A stretch of DNA of 62,316 nucleotides, the filler included, from Dirinaria sp. TL-2023a (lineage: Eukaryota), in assembly GCA_051941275.1 (NCBI GenBank). It is 2 parts of 2 records of this genome, joined end to end, with 100 filler letters (N's around TTAATTAATTAA, not from the genome) between each part and the next. Parts side by side here need not be neighbours in the genome. Positions count along the whole stretch, not along the records: positions 31,261 to 62,316 come from JAVEBF010000096.1; 1 more part is not named here. One strand, given 5' to 3'. The notes below the pieces were generated by a model. That model had not been told where the DNA came from and did not search any database. It was given only the letters and a program-made list of their open reading frames with translations. Positions 50,809 to 62,316 of this stretch are shown one piece after another. Both the position numbers and the translations under genes were made by a program. The first letter of the stretch is position 1; each line of letters begins with the position of its first letter.

Positions 50809-53678
50809 TCATAACCTCGACCTCACGCCTTCAAGTCTAAATTTGACGTCCTTCAAAACTTTGCTCGATGGCTTCCAATCATCAAATTGCTGAAGCAATT
50901 CTGTGACTTCATGTTGTAGGTTTAATTTGACATAGTCTTCTTCTAGCAAGCCACGCATGGCAAAGGGCAAAATGTAGGGGTTCTGTGCGACCATTGACTC
51001 CATTTTGAGAATTTGGGGCGGCAGGTCTCCGATGGATGAGGATTCAAGAGTATACCTCAATGCAAGGCTAATGGAGTTAGTGTCGTTAGAGATCAGGGAA
51101 TTCAGGAAAGGGAGATAATCACCTGTAAACCGCATCATCATCATAGATGCGAGAGTGACCTTCTCCGGCGTATAAACTACCTGCAAGTGGTGTGCTAAGT
51201 TCGCGAATCACGCCATGATCGCTACGACCAAGGTTTCGTAATCGCAACGCAAATCCAACTAGATGAGACAAGCTACTGGCGTTAGCGAATTGTAAAGGGT
51301 TAAAAGACGTAGCTCACAAGTCTGGAGCATGCACTCTACCGTCTACAAAAACAGCTCTGTATATGTATGGATGGACGAGATTACCGAACGTTGAGGACTA
51401 GTGAGAATAGCATGGTCAGTTCAATCAGACATAGGGCCGCTCTTTGATTTCAGTAGACTTACTTCAAGAGAGACGAGCTGGTCGTCCAGACTACCGGTGA
51501 AAATGATTCTCACTCCAAACCTCAAGGAGACATTGAGCGCTGCTGCGTAGTCTTTCGAGACTTGGCTCTCTGGCTGAGCAAAATCGAAGAGTTCTCCAGC
51601 ACTTCCGCTGATCCAGCGAGATTTGTAGTCTCCAAAAGGGCCCAGATTTATGCCAGCCATTGCACACACACCAATACGAGCTCCATGTAAACATCCGAAT
51701 GATATTAGTTTCGCAATCAACATGACAGCTACCGGCACTCCTTGACTGTGGCAAGCGACCATGACGCAATCTGCGTTTCGAATGTCTTCAATCCAGCTGA
51801 GCAAGAGCTTCCACAGCAGATCGAGCCTCTCTGCGATTTTCCCTTCACCTTCTAATGCGATCTTTTCGATCTCGCAGGAGTAGCCCAACTGAGCAGTCCA
51901 ACGTTCGATAGCGGTCGCGGCTCCATTTGCGAAGCGAATAGACGTCCCAGTAGGCTGCCCCAATACCGACCGTATTAGTGGCGCTGGGAAATATCCATGA
52001 ACACCCTATGTTGAGTAGTCAGCGTAAATTAAGCTAAAGTTATATGTACCAACGAGTCTTTTTACTATGGCTATGGCTCGCTTTATGCGAGGTGGGTTTT
52101 GAAGGTTGACATGCTTCGTGTCATTTGACGTTTTGTTGGGCTGCAATAGGTGGCCAAGCTGCAGTAGAAGACCCGGCTTTGGGATTGTACTATATGTCAG
52201 ATCAAGTGATGGCAGAAGCAAGTTGGTCCTCTGCTGCTTCGGCTTCACCAGAGCCGTTCCATTCATTTCCGTCCTGGCAGGTGGCGCTGAAATCTCAACT
52301 TTGGCCGACTTTTTAGTTTCTCTGCTACGTTGAAATGTCTCCGTAAGGGTTTCAGTAGACAGCCCTACAGCCTGTCCCGTTTCATGAGTGTTAGGGGCCT
52401 TTGTACGATCCAAGTCCTTAGTTGCTGGTCTTGTCTGCAAAACCGGCCCAGCAAACGTGAGATTTCCAATACTTGCTTCGCCGGCTGCTCCTTTGGAGCC
52501 GGATCTGACTCGGTCGCTTGTCCAGAAAGGCCATCCGTAGGATCTTGAGGGCTTAGCAGACGGATCTGATGCTTGCGAGGACGGAGCTGAGGTCAGTTTA
52601 ACTTGACCATGGCCTTTGCTAGCCGAACTTGATACCTCGACAGGCTTTGTCCGGTCTGGACGTGACTCATTCGCAGTCTGCTCAAGGTTCTTGCTCTGCG
52701 AATAAGAGAGTGAATTGCCCCACAACCCAAGCCAAGACCTGGGAGCAGAGTCGTGTGCCATCTCACCGGTACTAGGATCCGAATTGCGCCGTCCGTTCAG
52801 AAGCGTATCAGGCTCGGTGCTATCACCTTTCGAAAAAGTATTTGGGCTTGTGTCATCATGGCTGTGCTGATCCTCTCCAGAAGGCTGCAGTTCGGCGTTC
52901 GGTGTCTGCTGACTTCGATCTGTAGATCTGGTAAACCAACCAACCCATCCAGAGTTTATTTCACTGTTTTTTTGGCCGCCAAGCTTGTCTTGAGCATCAA
53001 GAATAGCTGCGCTAGAAATTTTCAATTTGCTTTGGGTTGCACCATCGCGACGCTCCATATCCGTATATGAATTTGTTACGTAGTCTGAGCGGCGGTGCCT
53101 CAATTCATCTTCTTCTCTAGCATTTCCTTTGGTCAGTTTTCCTTCAGTGCAGCCGTAATTAGCTGCGACAGCGCTGGAAGAGTTCGAAGCGTTGACTCTT
53201 GTTGTCATAGCTGCGAGGGGCAGCGACCTGGTTGAGTTTGACATGTCCTTTGATAGATATAACAAGTGATTCTGGAGTGGGTTCTGACGATACTGTGATA
53301 CATGCCTTTGCGCAGATGATATAGGCGCCGAAGCCTCGGTACTGGCAGTTGCTACGCTTTCCTTCGCAACCTGTGTCACTGGAGTGGCTTTGGGCGTTCG
53401 GGGCCACGTCCCCCCAAACCATGATTTCTTCGATTCAGCCTGTGTAATGCATTCAGTAAGCTACCTAGGCCGCTGACAGGACAAAAACTTACCCCAGCGG
53501 CAGCCTTAGGAACAAGTGTAGAGAGTTCTGTCTCGCGCTCTTTGTGTTTCGTCCCTGGTGGCCCTGCATCTTGATCATGTACCCCTGCAGAGTCCGGTTC
53601 TGCTGCTGCATCCGCTGTGGACTGTTGTGATTTGGCTTCTGCCTTCTGTTTAGGCTTTGACGATTTCCACGGTCCCAT
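50809..53678 (-). CDS. Conserved fungal protein, YML020W-like (alpha/beta-hydrolase-like C-terminal domain), multi-exon
   Basis: Disordered N-terminus, then KRAIAI|GVHGYFP...GQPTGTSIRFA, IALEGEGKI, VACHSQGVPV, GSLDDQLV, NPYILPFAMRGLLEE, FDDWKP..KVLKDVKFRLE. Confidence 0.82.
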
Positions 53679-54316
53679 ACGATGCGCAAGCAGAGTGATG
53701 ATTGCCGTATTAGACGCGCGTTATGAGGATCTAGAGTTTGAAAAACTTGACAATTGGTCGGAAAATAAGGACATCCTAGGATGTAGTGGTGAAGTCCGAG
53801 TCTTCGGTATGGGAGATGCAGTCACAATGGAGGCTCGGAGGTCACCAGCCACAACTCTCTAGCCAGGTACCATTAGCCGCCCCACCCGGCGGCTTTACCG
53901 CTGATTCGAGACAGGTAGGTATCCAAAGTACTCCGTAGGTACCGTAAAGTATATTACGAGGGTAATTTAAGGTAGGTAAGGTAACCCCATATCCTCGTAT
54001 CTTCCCTACACACTTTTAAGATACGTACAATAAGATAGGTAAGGTACCTTTAGATAATACCTTAGATACTACCTAAATGGATGAAGTCGTCCGAAAGTGA
54101 CTTGGGTACTTAAGCTCGATAAAGTATCAAGATACGCTCAAACTGATCACCCTCTCCATCCAACCATTAAGAGTGAAACAACGTATCTTATGAAAGGAAG
54201 GTAAAGGAAGGTAAGATTTCTTGAACGTAACCATATGTACCTTTTCGCCGATTATTGGACTGAAGCGTCCGCGAAGAGGCAACAAATCATATCGAATCTG
54301 ATCAAACAGTGTCGCC

Positions 54317-56998
54317 ATGGGCTTTGCGAAAAAGACAGGCCGGGGAAGGTTGGATAAGTGGTACAAGCTTGCTAAAGAAAAGGGTTACCGTGCGAGAGCC
54401 GCATTCAAGCTCATACAACTGAACCGGAAATATGGCTTTCTGGAGAAGAGCAAAGTACTGCTCGATCTTTGCGCTGCACCTGGAGTAAGCATTCTATCAT
54501 CACCCAGAAAGCAAGACTAATTCCCTAGTCATGGTGCCAAGTCGCTGCAGAGAGTATGCCTGCAAGCAGTCTGATTGTAGGCGTTGACCTCGCTCCTATA
54601 AAGCCTATCCCACGAGCGATCACTATACAAAGCGACATTACAACAGATAAATGCCGGGCCATGATCCGGCAGCATCTGAAAACCTGGAAAGCGGACACCG
54701 TACTTCATGACGGAGCACCCAACGTAGGAATTGCGTGGGTTCAAGATGCCTTTTCGCAAGCAGAGCTTGCACTTCAAGCATTGAAACTGGCTACCGATTT
54801 TTTGGTCGAAGGAGGGACGTTCGTCACGAAAGTCTTCAGATCCAAAGACTATAATGCCCTGCTCTGGGTATGCAACCAACTATTTACCAGGGTTGAAGCA
54901 ACAAAGCCACCATCCTCAAGGAATGTATCTGCAGAGATTTTCGTCGTATGTCGAGGATTCAAAGCTCCTATGCGTATAGATCCCAGATTTCTCGATCCTC
55001 GCTCGGTCTTTGCCGAGCTATCCGACCCTCTCCCTAACCAGGAAGCAAAGGTCTTTAACCCCGAGAAGCGGAAGCGCAAGCGGCAGGGCTACGAGGATGG
55101 AGACTATACCCAATTCAAAAATATCTCCGCGTCCGAATTCATTCAGACAGCTGATCCCATTGCAGTACTCGGTAGCGTGAATGAAATATCATTCGTTGAA
55201 CCGCCTAATGGCGATGTTACTCAGGCTGCACTGGACCAACTACCCGAGACTACACAAGAAGTAAGAGCTTGCTGTAGTGACCTGAAAGTGCTAGGTCGTA
55301 AGGAATTTCGGCTACTATTACGGTGGCGTTTAATAGCACGTGAGCTTTTCGGCTATAAGACCAAACCAGATCCCGATGAGGAAGATTCGGATAAAGAAGT
55401 AGCGGAAGTCGCACCTATAGACGAAGATCTCCGAATTCAAGAGGAATTACGAGGGGTCAATGAAAAGGAGATATCTCGCAAGAAGCGCGAGAGGCGAAGA
55501 GAGAATGAGAGAAAACAGAAAGAAATTGTGCGGATGCAGATGCATATGATGCCACCAACGGAAATTGGGCTCGAGCAACGAGGACCCAACGGCAAAGGTT
55601 CCATGTTTGCTCTGTCTTCACTCGATAGCTCTGGCCCTATTGAAAGGATTGTCAGGGGTAAAATGGCTCGTTCAGAAGATGGCCAAGAGCAGCGAAATTC
55701 AGACGATAGCGTTGACGAAGTCGAAACCGATCCTGAAGGAGACTTCTTGGACGAAGAATTGGACGATTTGTATCTGAAGTATCAAGAACGGAGGTCTCAG
55801 TCAGACGCAAAGTACCTCGCCAAAAAACTGAGGAAAGAACGTCAAAGTGGAAATTGGGAAGGCTTCGCAGACTACGAGGATAGCGCTAGGGGGCACTTCA
55901 GTGGAAATTCCGACTCCGAATCACTATCGAAGGCTAGAACTCCCGAGGAAGATGCGCGATCCTCGCTCCGGTCAAACACCGCTACAGACGGGACCAACCG
56001 TGGCTTGACAAGAAAAACAGCCATGTTCTTCGAGAAAGATGTCTTCAGAGACATCGGTGATTTGATAGAAAAAGCAGATGGAGCTGACGCAACGCACATC
56101 GCAAGCAATGAGCCGGCGACAGACACCGTAATTTGTGATTCAGTAGACTGTAACGAGTCAAAAGCGAACATCGAGCTTTTGACTCGGCGTTCTATCCCAG
56201 CCATACACTCGGAGCAATCCCCTACACTGCAGTCCGAAGCTGTCTCTACACACGGAAAGCGGCCTGATTCAGTGGTGGAATGCAAGACGGTTGATTTCGG
56301 GTTTGTTCAGAGTTCGGATGCCAGTCCATGGGACCGACAGCGCGCATTGAGCAAAAACGAATACTTAGGTAATTGATAGTTCTTTGCCTGTGTGATGACT
56401 GGATACTGACTAGTCCCGTACATAAGATGTCAACGTAATTACAGCAGAGGCGATGACTTTAGCCCAGCAGGTGGCGTCGGGCGCCAAGAATACGTACGAA
56501 TTGGTAGATGACGGATTCAACAAGTACACCTTCCACGATCGTGAGGGGCTTCCTGAGTGGTTCCTCGACGACGAGAGCAAGCATAGTAAACCACAGAGAC
56601 CAATAAGTGCTGCGGGCGCAGCGGCGATTAAAGAGAAGCTTCGAGCACTCAACGCCCGACCAATAAAGAAAATACAAGAAGCGAAAGATCGTAAAAGGTT
56701 CAAAGTTGCTCAAAGACTGGAGAAGTTGCGAAAGAAGTCGGCTCTAGTGGCTGATGAAGAGGGGATATCAGAAAAGGATAAGGCTCAAAATATTGCGAAG
56801 CTCATGAGCAAAGCTACCAAAAAGAAACCCAAGCAGCAAGTGAAACTAGTGGTGGCCAGAGGCGGTAACAGAGGGATTTCGGGTCGGCCTCAAGGGGTGA
56901 AGGGCAAATACAAAATTGTTGACTCTCGCCTCAAAAAGGATACCAGGGCTAACAGGAGAATTGCGAAGATGCGCCATCATTCAAAGCATCTCAAATGA
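54317..56998 (+). CDS. SPB1: AdoMet-dependent pre-rRNA 2'-O-methyltransferase; exons 54317-54484, 54529-56368, 56427-56998
   Basis: [82 protein letters not shown]. Confidence 0.96.
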
Positions 56999-57004
56999 GT
57001 GTAG

Positions 57005-58397
57005 TCAGACGTCTCTGGACTTACATTGCTGGCGTTGAAGCTGGTTTGATGCAGTCTCTCTGTCTTCGCTCTGTTCAACTTCGTTGAGACCGTGGGATAT
57101 CTTCCTTGCTGCAAGGGATGAGATGCTTCGTAAAAAATCGTTCGAAGCATAAAACGAGCCAGCGAAGTCCATGTCGTACCTTACCAGCTCTTAGCTATGT
57201 TAACGCCTATTCATTGGTGGAGCTCACCAGTAGTTGACGCTGCAGCAGATGCCCTCTTTTGAACAGCTTTGTGATACTTTATGATACCTTTCGTGAATTT
57301 CAGTTCAAACGTCGTTCGGTGAAGACGGCTCAAACCTCACCAGAGTGCTGGCAAGTACAACTGGTCTCCTGCATGGAGCGTAAACCGCAAGGGCTTGCTC
57401 AGCCGTGAAAATGGGGTGGTATTTTTTAACGGATCATCAGGATCCCATGTCGCTATTGGAAGTCGTTGGCCAGATCGACTCGGAGTAAGCATCAACTGAT
57501 CCTCCTAGGAGTCAGTTTCTCAGAAATCTCAGGAAAGACTCTCTCTCTTCTACACTAGTTAAGCGATGCAAGGGATCTCGTAGATCATCTTCTTTGTGCA
57601 GCTGATGTAAATGCAGACTGACTTTGCTATTGGCCGACATGTGAGACTTGTACGTCGCACATGATAGAAATTGCTCGTTGATGCAGGGTGCCTCGATTGG
57701 CGGTAGCAGCACAAAGTGCTTGCTCCCTATAATTTGGCAATACACATTCTCATAGTTGTCTCTATGAAGAGCTGTGACGCTCTTGCTATTTCCAAGCCAC
57801 AAATTGATGGCTTCTGGCCGACGTCCTAGAGCAATCCGAGCCCACGGTATGTCTTTCTCCACGTCACCGTACAGCTCTGAGTACTCGTTTCTTAGGTTAT
57901 CGTCCTCTTAATTAGCCATTGTTAATATACCTTCTGCAGCATAAATTGGGGACAGAATAGTTACGTGTTTGTGCATATTTCACGTCGCCGTTTACTTGGC
58001 CCAGCTCTTGTGCTGCGATGTAGCGTAGAAATAGTTTGAATGGCTCCTTCGTCTTCAGCGGTGTTGCTATGAATCTGGACGTGGTTTCTGAGCCTTCCAC
58101 AACAGCATCTGCATTACTAGTTTCTCTCAGAGCCGTCCGAAGATCAGAGTGTGTCGCGACTGACCCAGTAGGTGTGATCGCCACTTCAACCAGAGTGGTG
58201 TCCATCGCTTTCTCAAGATATTTCAGATCCCATGAAAAGGCTGGCCACTGTGAAATTCCACCTCGCACCACAAACGGAATATTTCTAGCCGCATACCTCA
58301 TGAACTCTAGCGGACTTGGTGCTTCGGTCAACTCATCAATTGAACTAGGGTTTAGCTCGTGATACGAGACAAGTAACGTCTCGATGGCGTTCTCCAT
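57005..58397 (-). CDS. JMJD7: JmjC-domain 2-oxoglutarate oxygenase, JMJD7-like, multi-exon
   Basis: PSPLEFMRY, P.G|NADA, KYAQ|QDDNL, PEAINLWLGNSKSVTALHRDNYENVY, GDQLYLPALW|YHKV, VNYW|YDMDF. Confidence 0.88.
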
Positions 58398-58902
58398 TGG
58401 CGTTTTTAAATCCTGCTTGAAAATCATCCAATATTATGCATGGTAGGCTTCTGGGCACGTTCCTGGGTAGAAGTTGGTAGATTGATCTGGGTAAGCCTAA
58501 AGACCCTCGGAACCCATCCGCATGCCCACAGCTTTCAAAAAGACGTACGTTAGACAAGGTACAACATAGGTAAGGTGCCTTATTGTAGGTTGGGATGAAT
58601 ACCTCTAGGTACCTTGAAAGTCTAAAATACCTTACGAGTACTACGTACATGAAGAACTGTAAATTACATGTATTGTAAGGTACTGTAAGTACTTAGTCAT
58701 AAGGTAGGTCGCGGCTGCCTAAACTAGGTAAGGCAAGGTACGTCAAGGTAAGGTATCGAGTACCTTAAAGTAGAGCACGACCTGGGTCAGGTACATAAAC
58801 ATCAACAAGATAGCGCCTCGCCAGCATTCTCTTCGCCTTGGAATAGCAGATTCGGTCTTATTGGCTCCCTAATCTTCGCAGACTACTGACGTCATCAAAA
58901 TA

Positions 58903-60694
58903 ATGGACAGCAACGACAACGAGGGTTCTCCCAATCTTGATACATTTGACTCGAGGGCTCCATTACTAAATGCGGTCTCTACAGACCGCATTTCAACTCT
59001 CGGCCGAAAGATCTGCGGCCTTTTTCAAGATTGGTGGCTTTGGGAACTTCTTGGCGCCACAATTTGTGTTGCAGCACTTATGATCATGATGGTAATCTTG
59101 CTAATATACGACTCTCGTGCGCTTCCAGATTGGCCTTCGGTCTTCACAGTGGGACACCACCACAAACTGCTCATCTCGTCCATACTCCACAGCTGAAACC
59201 CTATCATAGATTAATTCCGTTATTTCTTTCCTTGCCACTATAGCTAAACTTTCCATATCGTCTGCTGTCGGAGCTGCCCTCAGTCAGTCCAAGTGGCTTT
59301 GGTATCGCCAAGCCAAGCCACGCCGCCTGCAGGATCTTCAGCTTTTCGACGACGCTAGCAGAGGCCCTGTAGGAGCAGCGCAATTGATTCTTAGTCTACG
59401 GGTTAGGTGAGACGAACAGAAAAGCCATCTTGATATGGCATGACTGATAATTTGCTCTGATTTGAGACACTTGGCATTCCTAGGATCTATCGTGTCCATC
59501 ATGGTTCTTCTATTTGATCCATTCCTACAACAAGTAGTTGTGTATCCGGATCGTCCGGTTCCAGCTGAAGATGTCGCTGTTGTTGTTCGATCGGAGCAAT
59601 ATGGTGCACGGAGTTCCGAAGATCTACCACTCCCATCGGTTGTTGATCTGTCAATGAAAGCTGCTATCTACAACGGGGTCTTTGCGATCGGTAACGATGC
59701 AGAGCACGGTGTAGACCATATCTGTAAGACTGGGAACTGTTCGTGGCCGCAGTTCTCGTCTTTAGCTATTTGCAACAAATGCGAGGACATTACCGCCTTA
59801 ATAGAGAAGTCTTGTGACGACACTGGATGTTACATGCTTTCGCTCCCTAATGGTCCGTCGCTCTCCGGCCTAGGTGGTCAGATCAACTCTAGTGTTACCA
59901 ATGTATCTTCGTCTCTCAACGCCATTCAAGCCTCGGTTTTCAGGTTTTCAACTTTGATTTCTAGAAAGGTCAATGATACAAAAGATGCTTTGGCACTCGA
60001 ATGTGCTATGTGGTACTGTGTGCAAACATACGCTACATATGTGCGCGACTCAGTCCTACGTGAGGAGGTGCTTTCTTCATGGCGCAACGACTCCGCGACT
60101 CTTGCGCAGCACTCGGACTTGGTTTACAATGTATCAACCTCAACATCAAGCGCAATTGCGAATAAAACCGTCTTCAAGGTAGCTTATCTGGCTGCTGAGG
60201 CACTGAATACTTTTATGTCTGTGACATTCACCGGTAGCGGAGGCATCAATAACTCGGGCTCTGCCTTTACTTCGGATGTACAGCAAGCCCTGTACAACAC
60301 CAAGAACGTGTCTGCACGCGTTAACAATTTAGCCATCTCAATGACGAATAATATTCGCCAACAGAACGACAGCATGGCTACGTCTGCGCATGGGATCACT
60401 TGGAAAAGTGAGTCCTATGTGCATGTCCGATGGGCATGGTTCACTTACCCTGTCGCGGTTGTTGGGTTAGCACTTCTCTTTCTTACGAGCTCGATTGTCG
60501 AGAGCGCGTATCGAGATGTCTTGATATGGAAAGCCAGCAATCTGGCGCTGCTCTTTCACGGGCAGGGACTTGATCTTACGACTTGTGCTGCATTGAAAGT
60601 CAATCGATTAAGTCGGATGTCGAAGATGGCTAGGGAGATCAAGATTGAGTTGACACAAACACTAAACAAGGATTGGAAACTTGTGCAAAGATGA
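58903..60694 (+). CDS. DUF3176-family membrane protein; exons ~58903-59148, 59209-59406, 59467-60694
   Basis: DWWLWELLG, LPDWP..T|INSVISFL, SQSKWLWY, FDDASRGP.GA, DPFLQQVV, CKTGNCSWP, SMTNNIR, VHVRWAWFTYP, IWKASNLALLFHG. Confidence 0.87.
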
Positions 60695-61149
60695 CCATCA
60701 TTGTTAGGACCGGTGCAGAGCAAGTCAATGCAGGTATAGTTAACTAAGATATTATCACTAGGGAAGGAAAGAAGAAGAAGAGAAGCTAGATACAATGGGG
60801 GTCCCAGATATATACGCGTGCCGGTGTCGCGTACCCCGATCAGGTTAGCGCATTACCCCTGAGAACCATGAGAGGTATTGCCCCAGGTAGTATACCTAGG
60901 TGCATGCTCGTAACAATCATGACCCGCATAGACCGCCTTTATTTGAAGCACTTGTCCCAGTCTTGTGACAAGGTTCTAATTTGCTCTACATTCGCATTCA
61001 CGTGACCTTGAGAGGCTTTATCATGGAGGGAATTTACTGTAAAACAACATCATTGTCGACGCTGGCAGTTCTAACGAGTGAAATACAATCTATACGTTGT
61101 TTGTGCTGCTTCAGGTCATTTATGCGCGACGATGGTTCAAAACTATCTA

Positions 61150-62316
61150 TCTGTTATAAGACTTTGATCAATGAGACTAGCGTCTGACTAAGCGAGATGA
61201 ACGAGAGCTCTTTGGAAGTTTCTTCGGATTTTACAAATCGAAACGAGATGTCGAGAATTTCTAAACAACTTAATATAATCACTCTTGAAACGCTGCGTAG
61301 ACGTAGATAAAAAGACAATACATTCGTAGTACTGCTTAACAATTGCGTAGGTGTATAAAATAAAGAAAGTGTTTTCACCTCGAGAACAAGTTAGACTTCC
61401 TATTAATAAAGTTTGATACAAGTCTAACTACGAGTTTCTGTATAATATTATGAGTTGAATCTATTAGATCACGCATCAAGTCATTCGACTTTCTCGAACT
61501 CTAAAGCGAACTCAAAAATCACATGTGTAATTGATCGAGTTATATTAACTTTCTTGGTCAAAAACAGCATTTGATAAAATTTAATATACTAACTCTTATA
61601 TTACGTGTCGAGTAGCAATCGATTCTTTATATTATATAGACAAGTCGTATCTCAAGTTTCTAAATAATAATTAAGCGTTCTATTTTCTATATTTTTGATA
61701 AATTATATAAGTTCGAAGAGCGAGTAATCTATCTGTTCTTCGTAGAATAAATAAAGTGAATAAGCAGTAAACTTTCTTAACGTTTTAATAATCTTATTAG
61801 TTATAATAATATTGTTATGCTAATAAGAAGTTCCTTACAAAAGTTAATTACTAGCTAGATTATGTGATAATATGCAATAGTATGGGAAACAAGAAATTTA
61901 TTACTATCAAGACTAATTATTACGATTTGTTCTGTGATTATAAATCGTTTGCATAGGACACAGGGTCCACTGATCCGAAACCTTCTTCCCTATCTTAGTG
62001 TCTATCTACATAGCATATTAAATAGTTCTTGAGAGAAATAAAACTTGATCATCTTTTTTCTCGAATTTTGACAAGTCTTTAGCAAATGATAATATCAACT
62101 ATCATCAGAAATTTTAAAGACATCGTATTTTATTTATAGATCTATCAATTTTTTACATCGTATTGTTATTTCGTCAACACGAAAATTCAAATTCTTTATT
62201 CTGATTTCGAATTCTTTTTTTTTTTTTCGTTAATTTCGATTAATCGTGCTGTTATAAAGATCGTTTTTTTTTTTGCAAGTTTTTCAACGAGCAGATTATC
62301 GTTTTTACTCTGATCT
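61150..62316. repeat. AT-rich decayed sequence, probably a mutated (RIP-like) repeat or transposon remnant
   Basis: Abrupt drop in GC, no credible ORF, stops in all frames, near absence of CC/GG. The element family is not recognisable. Confidence 0.55.

Noticed and set aside
53865..54243. Motif clusters as a CRISPR array
   Set aside because: Repeats are 6-8 bp, irregular and on both strands; there is no repeat-spacer periodicity, no cas gene, and the context is eukaryotic.
1..62316. tRNA, rRNA genes or intact transposons
   Set aside because: No cloverleaf/T-loop signature, rRNA-like tract, transposase, reverse transcriptase or terminal repeats were recognised by eye; a tRNAscan-SE or Rfam run could still find small RNAs.

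Overview
Eukaryotic, intron-rich, gene-dense DNA from a filamentous ascomycete (Pezizomycotina; a lichen-forming lineage is possible but is only an inference). The window is two contigs joined by an artificial 100-bp spacer (44 N + TTAATTAATTAA + 44 N at 31161-31260), so adjacency across it is unproven. The left contig carries a COG2907-type flavoprotein, VTI1, an aldo-keto reductase, a large YTH-domain protein, two unknown proteins (one secreted), a PTH11-like membrane protein, a DSC2-like protein, PAB1, a large proline-rich unknown protein and a GH81 glucanase cut by the gap. The right contig carries G-protein beta, PDI (TigA/ERp38), a small HSBP1 gene missed by the ORF track, EBP2, an RFTS plus zinc-finger Raf2-like gene, PUS4, an SLC35F/EamA transporter, YPT7, ATG16, DOT1, a YML020W-like gene, SPB1, JMJD7 and a DUF3176 gene. 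It ends in an AT-rich decayed tract. The most notable unexplained signals are (1) dense clusters of a TAAGGTA/TACCTTA motif in about ten promoter-type intergenic regions and (2) a terminal AT-rich tract depleted of CC/GG but retaining CpG and CpA, which suggests non-canonical RIP-like mutation. Gene calls come from motif recognition and manual splicing; no database search was run.
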